A DNA stretch of 64,000 bases, taken from NCBI RefSeq assembly GCF_044324875.1, contig NZ_CP172185.1; one strand, written 5' to 3'. This stretch comes from Escherichia coli (GTDB lineage: Bacteria; Pseudomonadota; Gammaproteobacteria; Enterobacterales; Enterobacteriaceae). The notes under the pieces were generated by a model. The model ran no database searches, was not told the DNA's origin, and saw only the letters and a program-made list of their open reading frames with translations. Shown here one piece after another: positions 22,428 to 34,508 of this stretch (its first letter is position 1; every line of letters begins with the position of its first letter). The translations under genes were made by a program, and so were the position numbers.

Positions 22428-23483
22428 TCATAATCCCAGCACCAGTTGTCTTTCCATTTGAGGGTCAAGCAACGTCACATGCAGCCCCACCAGTCGCACA
22501 CCGCGCCCGCCGCGGCGTTCATCCCAGGTTTTACGCGCGGTGGCGATTAGATCAGCTTTATTCAGCCGTGGCCAGACGTGCTCCTGAGTGGTTTGCTGGA
22601 AATCGTCGAACTTTAATTTCACTCCCTGACGGGCAATCAGTAAATCAGGTTTTACCTTTGCCAGACGGCGTTCAAGTTCCGGGTACAGCCGCTCGATAAT
22701 CGCTTCACATTCAGACCAGTGATGAATATCTTCCGCCATCGTGCGTTCCACGCCGACGGATTTTCGCAACCGTTCGCTGTTAACGTCGCGCTCGTCAATC
22801 CCCTGACTACGCTCCCACAAAATGCGGCCAAATTTGCCAAAACGTTTGAGCAGAGTCACCAGATCACACTTTTGCACATCACCGCAGGTCCGCAGCCCCA
22901 TCGCTTCCAGTTTTGCCGCCGAGACTTTGCCGACGCCAGGAATTTTTGCCAGCGGTAAGGTTTGCAGAAATGCCGGAACTTCTGCCGGAGTAATCACAAA
23001 CTGACCGTTGGGTTTATTCATGTCGGAAGCGATTTTAGCGAGAAACTTTACCGGCGCAACGCCCGCAGACGCCGTCAGTTGCAGCTCGTTGAAGATTGTC
23101 TGGCGGATTTCCTGGGCGATGAGGGTCGCAGAACCGTGGCAATGCACACTATCGGTGACGTCGAGATAGGCTTCATCCAGTGATAACGGTTCAATGCGCG
23201 AGGTATAGCGCGAGAAAATTTCGCGGATATGATTTGAGGCTTCTTTGTAGGCGTCAAAGCGCCCTGGAAGCAGCGTGAGATGTGGGCAAAATTTGAGCGC
23301 CATCCCTGTCGGCATAGCGCTACGTACGCCAAATTTACGCGCGGGATAATTGGCGGTGCTGATCACCCCCCGACGTTCGCGGCTGCCGCCAATAGCAATA
23401 GGGATATCGCGCAGGGCAGGATTGTCGCGCATCTCCACCGCTGCGAAAAAGCAGTCCATATCCACATGAATGATTTTACGCAT
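22428..23483 (-). CDS. dinB: DNA polymerase IV (Y-family translesion polymerase)
   Basis: 351-aa [36 protein letters not shown]... Confidence 0.95.
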   Translation of the reverse strand: MRKIIHVDMDCFFAAVEMRDNPALRDIPIAIGGSRERRGVISTANYPARKFGVRSAMPTGMALKFCPHLTLLPGRFDAYKEASNHIREIFSRYTSRIEPLSLDEAYLDVTDSVHCHGSATLIAQEIRQTIFNELQLTASAGVAPVKFLAKIASDMNKPNGQFVITPAEVPAFLQTLPLAKIPGVGKVSAAKLEAMGLRTCGDVQKCDLVTLLKRFGKFGRILWERSQGIDERDVNSERLRKSVGVERTMAEDIHHWSECEAIIERLYPELERRLAKVKPDLLIARQGVKLKFDDFQQTTQEHVWPRLNKADLIATARKTWDERRGGRGVRLVGLHVTLLDPQMERQLVLGL

Positions 23484-23499
23484 TGCTCACCTCTCAACA

Positions 23500-23515
23500 C
23501 TGGTAAAGTATACAG
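23500..23515 (-). promoter_or_regulatory. LexA (SOS) box of the dinB promoter
   Basis: Minus-strand CTGTATACTTTACCAG (CTG-N10-CAG) about 17 bp upstream of the dinB ATG. Confidence 0.7.
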
Positions 23516-23553
23516 TGATTTCAGAGTTTGAGAAATGCATAAAGATTCAGCAT

Positions 23554-24300
23554 TTAACGCGTTCGCTGCGAAAGCACCTGCTGCTTATCCAGCTTTTGCA
23601 CCAGCGGTTGCACCACTTTATCCCCATGCTGACCAAAGTATTGATACAGCGTATCGGACGCACTTTTGGTCAGCACCATAATCTCAATGCGCCGGTTGCC
23701 CGCGCTTTGCGGATTTTTGGCATCCAGCAGCATCTGGTCCGCCATTGCACTTACCTGCATCACTTTATCTTCCGGCATTCCGGCCTCTTCCAGCACCCGA
23801 CGAGCTGAAAGCGCGCGATCGCCCGAAAGGTTCCAGTTGTTGTAGATATTGTTTTTGTAGGCCATCGCATCGGTATGCCCGGTGATGATGATCTTATTGT
23901 CGAGCGAATCAAAAACCGGTGCTAACTCCACCAGCAAAGTTTTAAAGAACGGCATAATCTGCGCGCTGCCGCGTTCAAACATATTGCGGTTCTGGTCATC
24001 TTTAATCAGCACGCGCAGTCCCTGGGGAACAATCTCCATCTCCAGATTCGCTTCCATATGCGCATCACGGGCAATGGTGTTGATACTGGTTGCCAGCTCG
24101 CCAAGCTCAGTAGCGGATTTCTTCTTCAGCAGCGCCGTTTTCTCGTTGACGTCATGCGCTTTTTTCTCCGTCTCTTCCGGCACCGCCACGGTGGCAGGTT
24201 TTGGCGGATGAGACGGTCTGATTTTATTTAACGGCGACAGCCCGCCACCGTTAAAAATCGACTGCCCGTGCAGCGCGGCGATAATGCTTTCACGCTCGGA
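23554..24300 (-). pseudogene. lafU: 5'-truncated lateral-flagellar MotB-like stator gene (Flag-2 remnant)
   Basis: C-terminal OmpA/MotB-like peptidoglycan-binding region present (IIITGHTD..., NRRIEIMVL) but no N-terminal TM segment; 5' boundary approximate. Confidence 0.7.
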
Positions 24301-26023
24301 TTTACTGACGCTGTTGACAATCAACTTTATCGTCGTCACCAAAGGGGCCGAGCGTATTTCCGAGGTTTCTGCCCGCTTTACCTTAGACGCGATGCCTGGC
24401 AAACAGATGGCGATTGACGCCGATCTTAACGCCGGGTTGATCAACCAGGCGCAGGCGCAAACCCGGCGCAAAGATGTTGCCAGCGAGGCCGATTTCTACG
24501 GCGCGATGGACGGGGCATCGAAGTTTGTGCGCGGGGATGCCATCGCCGGGATGATGATTCTGGCGATCAACCTGATCGGCGGCGTCTGTATCGGGATCTT
24601 CAAATACAACCTGAGCGCCGACGCCGCCTTCCAGCAGTATGTACTGATGACCATCGGCGACGGGCTGGTGGCGCAGATCCCTTCTCTGCTGCTCTCCACC
24701 GCAGCGGCGATTATCGTCACCCGCGTCAGCGACAACGGCGATATCGCCCATGATGTGCGCCACCAGCTGCTGGCAAGCCCGTCGGTGCTCTACACCGCCA
24801 CCGGGATCATGTTTGTGCTGGCGGTTGTGCCGGGGATGCCGCATCTGCCGTTTTTGCTGTTCAGCGCCCTGCTTGGTTTTACCGGCTGGCGGATGAGCAA
24901 ACGCCCGCAGGCGGCGGAGGCGGAAGAGAAAAGCCTCGAAACACTGACCCGAACCATCACCGAAACCAGCGAGCAACAGGTCAGTTGGGAAACTATTCCG
25001 CTGATCGAGCCCATCAGCTTAAGCCTCGGCTACAAGCTGGTGGCGCTGGTGGACAAAGCACAGGGTAACCCGCTCACCCAGCGGATTCGCGGCGTGCGGC
25101 AGGTGATTTCTGACGGCAACGGCGTGCTGCTGCCGGAGATCCGCATTCGGGAAAACTTCCGCCTCAAGCCCAGCCAGTACGCCATTTTCATCAATGGCAT
25201 TAAGGCTGATGAAGCGGATATTCCGGCGGATAAACTGATGGCCCTGCCCTCCAGCGAAACCTACGGCGAGATTGACGGCGTGCTGGGGAACGACCCGGCG
25301 TACGGGATGCCGGTGACCTGGATCCAGCCCGCGCAGAAAGCGAAGGCGCTGAATATGGGGTATCAGGTGATCGACAGCGCCAGCGTGATTGCCACCCATG
25401 TGAACAAGATTGTCCGCAGCTATATTCCTGATTTGTTTAACTATGATGACATCACGCAGTTGCATAACCGTTTGTCGTCGATGGCACCGCGCCTGGCGGA
25501 AGATTTGAGCGCGGCGCTCAATTACAGCCAATTGCTGAAAGTGTACCGGGCGCTGCTGACCGAAGGCGTTTCCCTGCGCGATATTGTCACCATCGCCACC
25601 GTGCTGGTCGCCAGTAGCACAGTGACCAAAGATCATATCCTGCTGGCGGCCGATGTGCGCCTGGCATTGCGGCGCAGCATTACCCATCCGTTCGTTCGCA
25701 AGCAGGAGCTGACGGTGTATACGCTGAATAATGAGCTGGAAAATCTGCTCACCAACGTGGTGAATCAGGCGCAACAGGGCGGGAAAGTGATGCTCGACAG
25801 CGTGCCGGTTGACCCGAATATGCTCAACCAGTTCCAGAGTACGATGCCGCAGGTGAAGGAGCAGATGAAAGCAGCGGGGAAAGCCCCTGTGCTGCTGGTG
25901 CCGCCGCAGCTGCGTCCTTTGCTGGCGCGTTATGCAAGGTTGTTTGCGCCGGGTCTGCATGTGCTGTCGTATAACGAAGTGCCGGATGAGCTGGAGTTGA
26001 AGATTATGGGGGCGTTGAGTTGA
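24300..26023 (+). pseudogene. lfhA: 5'-truncated FlhA-like flagellar export gate gene (Flag-2 remnant)
   Basis: Translation enters within the FlhA core (NFIVVTKGAERISEVSARFTLDAMPGKQMAIDADLNAGLI) and runs through the cytoplasmic domain; N-terminal TM region missing; 5' boundary approximate. Confidence 0.7.
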
Positions 26024-26029
26024 TGGCCT

Positions 26030-26350
26030 TTGGGGCGAATCCGGCATCGGTGCACAATTGCCGGATGCGGCGTGAACGCCTTATCCGGCCTACCGATCCG
26101 GCACAAGTTTGTAGGCATGATAAGACGCGTCAGCGTCGCATCAGGCATCTGCGCACAATTGCCGGATGCGGTGTGAACGCCTTATCCAGCCCACCGATCC
26201 GGCACAGGTTTGTAGGCATGATAAGACGCGCCAGCGTCGCATCAGGCACCGGTGCACAATTGCCGGATGCGGTGTGAACGCCTTATCCGGCCCACCGATC
26301 CGGCACAAGTTTGTAGGCATGATAAGACGCGCCTGCGTCGCATCAGGCAT
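26030..26350. repeat. BIME cluster: three tandem ~105-bp units each carrying two REP palindromes
   Basis: Repeated gccggatgcggcgtgaacgccttatccggcc and gtaggcatgataagacgcg.cagcgtcgcatcaggca units seen three times. Confidence 0.8.
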
Positions 26351-26360
26351 CCGCGCACAA

Positions 26361-26858
26361 TTATAAAATAATACGCTCCCCGGCACTAAAATCCGTTATG
26401 TCTCCCGCCCAATCAATGGGATATAACCCTCGCGCTACATCGCGATGGAACGTTGAGAATGGCCAATCACTCACCTGCTTTACCCAGCCATGTTTCACTG
26501 GATTTATATAAATATAATCAACATGATGGCGATAATCTTTTGTATTGCGAATGGCATGCTCCCAAAAACGCGGTTGCCAGATATTTTTCAATCCGCAAGC
26601 ATGGGTGAACTGCTTTTTAATCTCCCGCCAGCGAGAGGAAAAATCATCATCGCTTTCGGGTAATGTCCAGATACAGTGCATATGCTCTGGCAAAACTACC
26701 CAGGCGTTAATTTCAAAAGGTCTGGCCTGCTTAACTTTAATAATGGCGTTACGGAGTGTCTGGTACTGGGTGGTCAAAAGTTGGCTTCGACGATTCCGTA
26801 AATTTACCGTGAAAAACCATGTTCCCCCCTTGATGTAATAACGACGATATTCAGACAT
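26361..26858 (-). CDS. rayT: REP-associated tyrosine transposase (IS200/IS605 HuH family)
   Basis: 165-aa ORF MSEYRRYYIKGGTWFFTVNL... with HuH motif (LPEHMHCIW) and REP clusters on both flanks. Confidence 0.85.
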   Translation of the reverse strand: MSEYRRYYIKGGTWFFTVNLRNRRSQLLTTQYQTLRNAIIKVKQARPFEINAWVVLPEHMHCIWTLPESDDDFSSRWREIKKQFTHACGLKNIWQPRFWEHAIRNTKDYRHHVDYIYINPVKHGWVKQVSDWPFSTFHRDVARGLYPIDWAGDITDFSAGERIIL

Positions 26859-26939
26859 GGCGACTCCTTTTTCTCAACGATAAGAAGAAAAGGAAAAGTC
26901 GACAATGAAGTTGTGTTATATCGGGAAAGCAGCTCGCAA

Positions 26940-27030
26940 AAAATTCGCAGACTCGTAGGCATGATAAGACGCGGCAGCGTCGCATCAGGCATCGGTGCAC
27001 TATTGCCGGATGCGGCGTGAACGCCTTATC
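26940..27030. repeat. REP/BIME element upstream of rayT
   Basis: gtaggcatgataagacgcggcagcgtcgcatcaggcat...gccggatgcggcgtgaacgccttatccgtcctac. Confidence 0.7.
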
Positions 27031-27034
27031 CGTC

Positions 27035-27793
27035 CTACAAAATCGTCTCTTCCGTCAAAATCCTGCGCGCGCCTAAAAAATGATCCTGCCAGAAAGGTTC
27101 AGCTAACCGACTTACCCGAATGGTTTCCCCGGTGCGCGGCGACTCGATAAACTGACCGTCTCCCAGATACACGCCCATATGATCGGCAATCTCACGGCTG
27201 TGAATATGGAAAAACAGCAAATCTCCCCGGCGCAGGTCGTTATTCGCCACAATCGTTGCCCGATGGTAGTGATACATCTCATTGGCCGTGCGCGGGAGCT
27301 TCGCCTCGAGGATCTTGTTGTAGGCATAAAAAACCAACCCGCTACAGTCGAAGCCTTGATCGGGCCGCGTGCCGCCCCAGACGTAAGGCTTACCAAGCTG
27401 CTGCTCCAGGCGGTGAATCGCCACTTCGGTGATGTTGTGCAGATGGTCGCTGCTTAAGAAATGGTTGTTCTCCGCCAGCGCCTGCCAGCGTCTGTCACTC
27501 GCCTTGAGCGGCGCAGGAAACCATTCTGGATGCTGTTTTATCTGTTCGCGGTTGTGCTGGCGCAGCGCCTTTCTGCTTTCGGCATTGCCTTCCACAATAT
27601 AGCTGGCCTGTTTTTTCAGATGGGTTTGGTACTGTTTTAATAAACGCGCACGGTTTTGCATCCGCTGGCGGGCGGCGTAGCTGAAAGAGATATGTGATGT
27701 GGTGGCGCTGGCGAGTAAAGGGAGCAAAACGCATAACGAAAACACGCCTGGATGCAGAAATCTGCCGTGAAAGAACGAAGACATGAAGGACAT
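27035..27793 (-). CDS. yafL: NlpC/P60-family peptidoglycan endopeptidase lipoprotein
   Basis: 252-aa ORF with signal peptide and NlpC/P60 catalytic region (YVWGG...GFDCSGLV...HMGVYLG). Confidence 0.85.
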   Translation of the reverse strand: MSFMSSFFHGRFLHPGVFSLCVLLPLLASATTSHISFSYAARQRMQNRARLLKQYQTHLKKQASYIVEGNAESRKALRQHNREQIKQHPEWFPAPLKASDRRWQALAENNHFLSSDHLHNITEVAIHRLEQQLGKPYVWGGTRPDQGFDCSGLVFYAYNKILEAKLPRTANEMYHYHRATIVANNDLRRGDLLFFHIHSREIADHMGVYLGDGQFIESPRTGETIRVSRLAEPFWQDHFLGARRILTEETIL

Positions 27794-28084
27794 AAACCGG
27801 CTGAATGAAGGGGAGAATTTTAAAAGACCGGAGGAGTAAGCGGGATTATTAATTGCTTATTTGCATATTACTATTGAGGTTTCATAATCTTAGGAAATAA
27901 ATGATACATGCGCTTTTCGGACTAATGAAAACTGCCCCTGTGCTAAATTTGTAAACCCTGCGCCGACAGGCTTGCGTAAAACTCTTTTGGTGATAATGTG
28001 AGCCTTCCAAATCCAGACTATTCCGATTTGGGATCCATTTTGCCGTCCTGGCGTGTGTAACCGTTTTATCAAGGAATAAGCAGT

Positions 28085-28825
28085 ATGCGTAAAATCGCAT
28101 TAATTCTTGCGATGTTGTTGATCCCGTGCGTTTCGTTTGCCGGTTTGCTGGGCAGCAGTAGCTCGACCACGCCAGTGAGCAAAGAGTATAAGCAGCAGTT
28201 GATGGGATCCCCTGTCTACATCCAGATCTTCAAGGAAGAACGTACGCTCGATCTCTACGTCAAAATGGGCGAGCAATATCAACTGCTCGACAGCTATAAA
28301 ATCTGTAAATATTCCGGCGGCTTAGGACCAAAACAGCGTCAGGGCGATTTCAAAAGCCCGGAAGGGTTTTATAGCGTCCAGCGTAATCAGTTAAAACCAG
28401 ACAGCCGTTACTACAAAGCGATTAATATTGGATTCCCCAATGCCTATGACCGTGCGCATGGTTATGAAGGGAAATACCTGATGATCCACGGCGATTGTGT
28501 TTCCATCGGCTGCTACGCGATGACCAATCAGGGTATTGATGAGATCTTCCAGTTCGTTACTGGTGCGCTGGTGTTTGGTCAGCCGAGCGTGCAAGTGAGT
28601 ATTTACCCGTTCCGTATGACCGACGCTAATATGAAGCGCCATAAGTATTCCAACTTTAAGGACTTCTGGGAGCAACTGAAACCGGGCTACGACTACTTTG
28701 AGCAAACCCGTAAGCCACCGACCGTTTCTGTGGTCAATGGCCGTTACGTGGTCAGCAAGCCGTTAAGCCACGAAGTTGTGCAACCACAGCTGGCATCAAA
28801 CTACACGCTCCCCGAGGCAAAATAA
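28085..28825 (+). CDS. yafK: YkuD-fold L,D-transpeptidase-like periplasmic protein
   Basis: 246-aa ORF with signal peptide and YkuD catalytic motif ([18 protein letters not shown]). Confidence 0.85.
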   Translation: MRKIALILAMLLIPCVSFAGLLGSSSSTTPVSKEYKQQLMGSPVYIQIFKEERTLDLYVKMGEQYQLLDSYKICKYSGGLGPKQRQGDFKSPEGFYSVQRNQLKPDSRYYKAINIGFPNAYDRAHGYEGKYLMIHGDCVSIGCYAMTNQGIDEIFQFVTGALVFGQPSVQVSIYPFRMTDANMKRHKYSNFKDFWEQLKPGYDYFEQTRKPPTVSVVNGRYVVSKPLSHEVVQPQLASNYTLPEAK

Positions 28826-29563
28826 GCGCCATTCGCCTGGCATAATCTTTTGCCAGGTTTCATTGCCCGTCAGCGGCTGTGTCGCAATCACCGTGACCAC
28901 ATCATTAGGTGTGGTCTGCGAGCTGAAGTCGATTTCCACATCCTGATCCAGCAACGTTGCCACGCCAAACGGCGCGCGGCGGGTGATCCAGTGTAAATTA
29001 GTCGAGCAATACGCCATTACATAGCGCCCGTCTGAAAGCAGCATGTTGAAAACGCCCTTCTGCCGCAGTTCATCCGCCAGTGAGGCGATATATTTAAACA
29101 CTGCCGCCATGTTGCCCGGTGTGCGCGGGTAACGCTGCGTTAATTTATGCAGGAGCCAGCAAAAGGCTTTTTCGCTATCGGTTTCACCGACCGGGCGGAA
29201 GTTGCCGGTTTCCAGTGATTTGTAGCCCGTCAGTTGCCCGTTATGGGCATAAGTCCAGTTGCGTCCCCATAACTCGCGGGTAAACGGGTGAGTATTTTCC
29301 AGCGCCACCTCGCCCCGATTGGCCTGCCGAATATGAGCCACAACCGAACAGGATTTTATCGGGTAGTCCTGGACAAGTTTGGCGATGGGGGAATTAAAGC
29401 TGGGTTGTGGATCTTTAAATGTGCGACAGCCTTTACCTTCGTAAAAGGTGATGCCCCAGCCATCTTTATGTGGCCCGGTTCCACCACCACGCTGTACAAG
29501 CCCGGTGAAACTAAAGCAGATATCGGTAGGGACGTTGGCGCTCATCCCGAGCAATTCGCACAT
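28796..29563 (-). CDS. yafJ: Class II glutamine amidotransferase-like protein
   Basis: ORF with N-terminal [10 protein letters not shown] (Cys2 nucleophile context); start taken at that Met. Confidence 0.85.
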   Translation of the reverse strand: MCELLGMSANVPTDICFSFTGLVQRGGGTGPHKDGWGITFYEGKGCRTFKDPQPSFNSPIAKLVQDYPIKSCSVVAHIRQANRGEVALENTHPFTRELWGRNWTYAHNGQLTGYKSLETGNFRPVGETDSEKAFCWLLHKLTQRYPRTPGNMAAVFKYIASLADELRQKGVFNMLLSDGRYVMAYCSTNLHWITRRAPFGVATLLDQDVEIDFSSQTTPNDVVTVIATQPLTGNETWQKIMPGEWRLFCLGERVV

Positions 29564-29609
29564 GGGTAACCTCCACAACAGCGGGAGCGCATGGCCCCCG
29601 GCGAAGATT

Positions 29610-29745
29610 GATTTAAGTATTTTCAGGTCGGATGCGGCGTAAACGCATTATTCGGCCTACGGTTCGGGTACAGATTTGTAGGCATGATAAGACGCGTCAG
29701 CGTCGCATCAGGCATCAGCGCACAAATGCCGGATGCGGCGTAAAC
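29610..29745. repeat. REP/BIME elements, the distal one split by the IS insertion
   Basis: gtcggatgcggcgtaaacgcattattcggcctac ... gtaggcatgataagacgcgtcagcgtcgcatcaggcat ... gccggatgcggcgtaaac; the other half-REP (aacgccttatccggcctac) resumes at 31178. Confidence 0.7.
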
Positions 29746-30500
<755 letters not shown>

Positions 30501-30604
30501 ATCAGCATACTTGTCCTTAGCCTTCTGCAGTGACAGCTGGTAGTACAGCGTGCTTCTGGCCAGCCCTGCAGCCTTTAACAGGTCAGACTGGCAGTGTCCG
30601 CACC

Positions 30605-31135
30605 TCAGGCTCCGGATGACTTTCGTTTTTTCTCCAGCTCCTGGCGCTTTTTTTCCAGGAGATGCTCCTGCATGGCTTTCAGATATGCATTTTCTGCGCG
30701 AAGATAACGCAGCTCATTCTTCATCTCTTCCGGCGTCATGTTTGCCTCGTTTTCATGGGTATCATCAGAACGGGTCATGCTTTTCTCCTTCCAGCGCCTG
30801 ATAAAGGCCTCATTACCAGATTTGCGGTAGCCTTTTATCCAGTTTTTAACCGTGTTGTGGCTGGGAATGTTAAACCGGGCAGCTACCCGGGGTAGAGACT
30901 CAGAATGCCCGAGAGCATAAAGAACCACGCAAAGTTTATCTTCAGGAGAATAGCTACGCTTGTGTCTGCAATCCAGTGCCCGAGGACCGTGAAGAAGAAA
31001 AAGATTAATCCAGTGTGAGAGGCTGGTGTGAGAAAGTTGAAAGAGTTTTGCCGTAGAAATGATGCCTGCATGACCGGCCAGGTAGTGATTTACAGCGGCA
31101 AGTTTTACTTCAAATGAATGTTTCATAAACTGCAC
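30605..31135 (-). CDS. IS3-family transposase OrfA (HTH plus leucine zipper)
   Basis: 176-aa ORF upstream of and out of frame with OrfB, typical of IS3 programmed frameshift architecture. Confidence 0.7.
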   Translation of the reverse strand: MQFMKHSFEVKLAAVNHYLAGHAGIISTAKLFQLSHTSLSHWINLFLLHGPRALDCRHKRSYSPEDKLCVVLYALGHSESLPRVAARFNIPSHNTVKNWIKGYRKSGNEAFIRRWKEKSMTRSDDTHENEANMTPEEMKNELRYLRAENAYLKAMQEHLLEKKRQELEKKRKSSGA

Positions 31136-31203
31136 CTTCAGATGTCAGATTATGTCCAACATTTGGGGTGCAGTTCAAACGCCTTATCCGGCCTACGCCA
31201 GAC

Positions 31204-31782
31204 TTACTTAACCATCTCTTTTTCAATTAACTGGATCAGGATATGGATCACTTTAATGTGGATCTCCTGAATGCGGTCGGCATAACCAAAGTGCGGTACG
31301 CGAATTTCGATATCCGCTGTGCCAGCCATTTTACCGCCGTCTTTACCGGTCAGGGTGATCACTTTCATCCCCTTCTCACGCGCCGCCGCGATCGCTTTGA
31401 TCACGTTTGCAGAGTTACCTGAGGTGGAGATCCCCAGCAGTACATCGCCTTCGCGACCTACCGCTTCAACGTAACGGGAGAAAATATCATTGAAACCAAA
31501 ATCGTTACCGACGCAGGAAATATGACTAACGTCGGAAATGGCAATCGCCGGGTAGCCCGGACGGTTTTCACGGTAGCGACCGGTCAACTCTTCGGCAAAG
31601 TGCATAGCGTCGCAATGGGAGCCGCCGTTGCCGCAGGAAAGCACTTTGCCACCAGCTTTAAAGCTGTCTGCTAACAGGACCGCCGCGCGCTGAATGGCGT
31701 GAATATTGGCGTCATCTTTTAAAAAGTTAGCCAGCGTTTCCGCCGCTTCGTTCAGTTCGTTACGAATAAGATCCTGGTACAT
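31204..31782 (-). CDS. gmhA: Sedoheptulose-7-phosphate (phosphoheptose) isomerase
   Basis: 192 codons from [21 protein letters not shown]...; SIS-domain protein (ORF track extends upstream to 31944). Confidence 0.9.
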
Positions 31783-32021
31783 GAGGATATCCTTCAGCAT
31801 AAATGTAATAGACAAAATGCAGTGTACCGGATACCGCCAAAAGCGAGAAGTACGGGCAGGTGCTATGACCAGGACTTTTTGACCTGAAGTGCGGATAAAA
31901 ACAGCAACAATGTGAGCTTTGTTGTAATTATATTGTAAACACATTGCTAAATGTTTTTACATCCACTACAACCATATCATCACAAGTGGTCAGACCTCCT
32001 ACAAGTAAGGGGCTTTTCGTT

Positions 32022-34466
32022 ATGATGATTTTGAGTATTCTCGCTACGGTTGTCCTGCTCGGCGCGTTGTTCTATCACCGCGTGAGCTTATTTATCAGCA
32101 GTCTGATTTTGCTCGCCTGGACAGCCGCCCTCGGCGTTGCTGGTCTGTGGTCGGCGTGGGTACTGGTGCCTCTGGCCATTATCCTCGTGCCATTTAACTT
32201 TGCGCCTATGCGTAAGTCGATGATTTCCGCGCCGGTATTTCGCGGTTTCCGTAAGGTAATGCCGCCGATGTCGCGCACTGAGAAAGAAGCGATCGACGCA
32301 GGCACCACATGGTGGGAAGGCGATTTGTTCCAGGGCAAGCCGGACTGGAAAAAGCTGCATAACTATCCGCAGCCGCGCCTGACCGCAGAAGAGCAAGCGT
32401 TTCTCGATGGCCCGGTAGAAGAAGCCTGCCGGATGGCGAATGATTTCCAGATTACTCATGAGCTGGCTGATTTGCCGCCGGAGTTGTGGGCGTACCTTAA
32501 AGAGCATCGTTTCTTCGCGATGATCATCAAAAAAGAGTACGGCGGGCTGGAGTTCTCGGCTTATGCCCAGTCTCGCGTGCTGCAAAAACTCTCCGGCGTG
32601 AGCGGGATCCTGTCGATTACCGTCGGCGTGCCAAACTCATTAGGCCCGGGTGAGCTACTGCAACATTACGGCACTGACGAGCAGAAAGATCACTATCTGC
32701 CGCGTCTGGCGCGTGGTCAGGAAATCCCTTGCTTTGCACTGACCAGCCCGGAAGCGGGTTCCGATGCGGGCGCGATTCCGGATACCGGGATTGTCTGCAT
32801 GGGGGAATGGCAGGGCCAGCAGGTGCTGGGAATGCGTCTGACCTGGAACAAACGTTACATTACGCTCGCACCGATTGCGACCGTGCTTGGTCTGGCGTTT
32901 AAACTCTCCGACCCGGAAAAACTGCTGGGTGGCGCAGAAGATTTAGGTATTACCTGTGCGCTGATCCCGACCACCACGCCGGGCGTGGAAATTGGTCGTC
33001 GCCACTTCCCGCTGAACGTGCCGTTCCAGAACGGACCGACGCGCGGTAAAGATGTCTTCGTACCGATCGATTACATTATCGGCGGACCAAAAATGGCCGG
33101 GCAAGGCTGGAGGATGCTGGTGGAGTGCCTCTCGGTAGGCCGCGGCATCACCCTGCCTTCCAACTCAACCGGCGGCGTGAAATCGGTAGCGCTGGCAACG
33201 GGTGCGTATGCGCACATTCGCCGTCAGTTCAAAATTTCTATTGGTAAGATGGAAGGGATTGAAGAGCCGCTGGCGCGTATTGCCGGTAATGCCTATGTGA
33301 TGGATGCTGCGGCATCGCTGATTACCTACGGCATTATGCTCGGTGAAAAACCTGCCGTGCTGTCGGCTATCGTTAAGTATCACTGTACCCACCGCGGGCA
33401 GCAGTCGATTATTGATGCGATGGATATCACTGGTGGCAAAGGCATTATGCTCGGGCAGAGCAACTTCCTGGCGCGTGCTTATCAGGGCGCGCCGATTGCC
33501 ATCACCGTTGAAGGGGCTAACATTCTGACCCGCAGCATGATGATCTTCGGACAAGGAGCGATTCGTTGCCATCCGTACGTGCTGGAAGAGATGGAAGCGG
33601 CGAAGAACAATGACGTCAACGCGTTCGATAAACTCCTGTTTAAACATATCGGTCACGTCGGTAGCAACAAAGTTCGCAGCTTCTGGCTGGGCCTGACGCG
33701 CGGTTTAACCAGCAGCACGCCAACCGGCGATGCCACTAAACGCTACTATCAACACCTGAACCGCCTGAGCGCCAACCTCGCCCTGCTTTCTGATGTCTCG
33801 ATGGCTGTGCTGGGCGGCAGCCTGAAACGTCGCGAGCGTATCTCGGCACGTCTGGGGGATATTTTAAGCCAGCTTTACCTCGCCTCTGCCGTTCTGAAGC
33901 GTTATGACGACGAAGGCCGTAATGAAGCCGACCTGCCGCTGGTGCACTGGGGCGTACAGGATGCGCTGTATCAGGCAGAACAGGCGATGGACGATTTACT
34001 GCAAAACTTCCCGAACCGCGTGGTTGCCGGGCTGCTGAATATGGTGATCTTCCCGACCGGACGTCATTATCTGGCACCGTCTGACAAGCTGGATCATAAA
34101 GTGGCGAAGATTTTACAAGTGCCGAACGCCACCCGTTCCCGCATTGGTCGCGGTCAGTACCTGACGCCGAGCGAGCATAACCCGGTTGGCTTACTGGAAG
34201 AGGCGCTGGTGGATGTGATTGCCGCCGACCCAATTCATCAGCGGATCTGTAAAGAGCTGGGTAAAAACCTGCCGTTTACCCGTCTGGATGAACTGGCGCA
34301 TAACGCGCTGGCGAAGGGGCTGATTGATAAAGATGAAGCCGCTATTCTGGTGAAAGCTGAAGAAAGCCGTCTGCGCAGTATTAACGTTGATGACTTTGAT
34401 CCGGAAGAGCTGGCGACGAAGCCGGTAAAGTTGCCGGAGAAAGTGCGGAAAGTTGAAGCCGCGTAA
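32022..34466 (+). CDS. fadE: Acyl-CoA dehydrogenase
   Basis: 814 codons from [24 protein letters not shown]... with N-terminal membrane segment and acyl-CoA dehydrogenase domains. Confidence 0.95.
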   Translation: MMILSILATVVLLGALFYHRVSLFISSLILLAWTAALGVAGLWSAWVLVPLAIILVPFNFAPMRKSMISAPVFRGFRKVMPPMSRTEKEAIDAGTTWWEGDLFQGKPDWKKLHNYPQPRLTAEEQAFLDGPVEEACRMANDFQITHELADLPPELWAYLKEHRFFAMIIKKEYGGLEFSAYAQSRVLQKLSGVSGILSITVGVPNSLGPGELLQHYGTDEQKDHYLPRLARGQEIPCFALTSPEAGSDAGAIPDTGIVCMGEWQGQQVLGMRLTWNKRYITLAPIATVLGLAFKLSDPEKLLGGAEDLGITCALIPTTTPGVEIGRRHFPLNVPFQNGPTRGKDVFVPIDYIIGGPKMAGQGWRMLVECLSVGRGITLPSNSTGGVKSVALATGAYAHIRRQFKISIGKMEGIEEPLARIAGNAYVMDAAASLITYGIMLGEKPAVLSAIVKYHCTHRGQQSIIDAMDITGGKGIMLGQSNFLARAYQGAPIAITVEGANILTRSMMIFGQGAIRCHPYVLEEMEAAKNNDVNAFDKLLFKHIGHVGSNKVRSFWLGLTRGLTSSTPTGDATKRYYQHLNRLSANLALLSDVSMAVLGGSLKRRERISARLGDILSQLYLASAVLKRYDDEGRNEADLPLVHWGVQDALYQAEQAMDDLLQNFPNRVVAGLLNMVIFPTGRHYLAPSDKLDHKVAKILQVPNATRSRIGRGQYLTPSEHNPVGLLEEALVDVIAADPIHQRICKELGKNLPFTRLDELAHNALAKGLIDKDEAAILVKAEESRLRSINVDDFDPEELATKPVKLPEKVRKVEAA

Positions 34467-34475
34467 TTGAATAAC

Positions 34476-34499
34476 GGAGCCGAAAGGCTCCGTTTCTTT
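34476..34499 (+). terminator. Rho-independent terminator after fadE
   Basis: ggagccgaaaggctcc hairpin followed by gtttcttt. Confidence 0.55.
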
Positions 34500-34508
34500 A
34501 TCCGCTAA

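Noticed and set aside
25019-26047. 342-aa ORF on the minus strand antisense to lfhA
   Set aside because: It lies entirely inside the FlhA-like frame, with an Arg/His/Gln-rich low-complexity translation typical of antisense reading of a GC-rich gene and no recognisable domain.
26030-26350. Tandem ~105-bp repeats that could be mistaken for a CRISPR array
   Set aside because: The units are REP/BIME palindromes (gccggatgcggcg.../gtaggcatgataagacgcg...) without unique spacers between them, and no cas genes are nearby; rayT is adjacent instead.
27882-28100. Two overlapping 60-72-aa minus-strand ORFs between yafL and yafK, considered as possible dinJ/yafQ replacements
   Set aside because: Neither translation resembles DinJ or YafQ or any toxin-antitoxin fold I recognise; they overlap the yafK promoter and start region and are likely non-coding.
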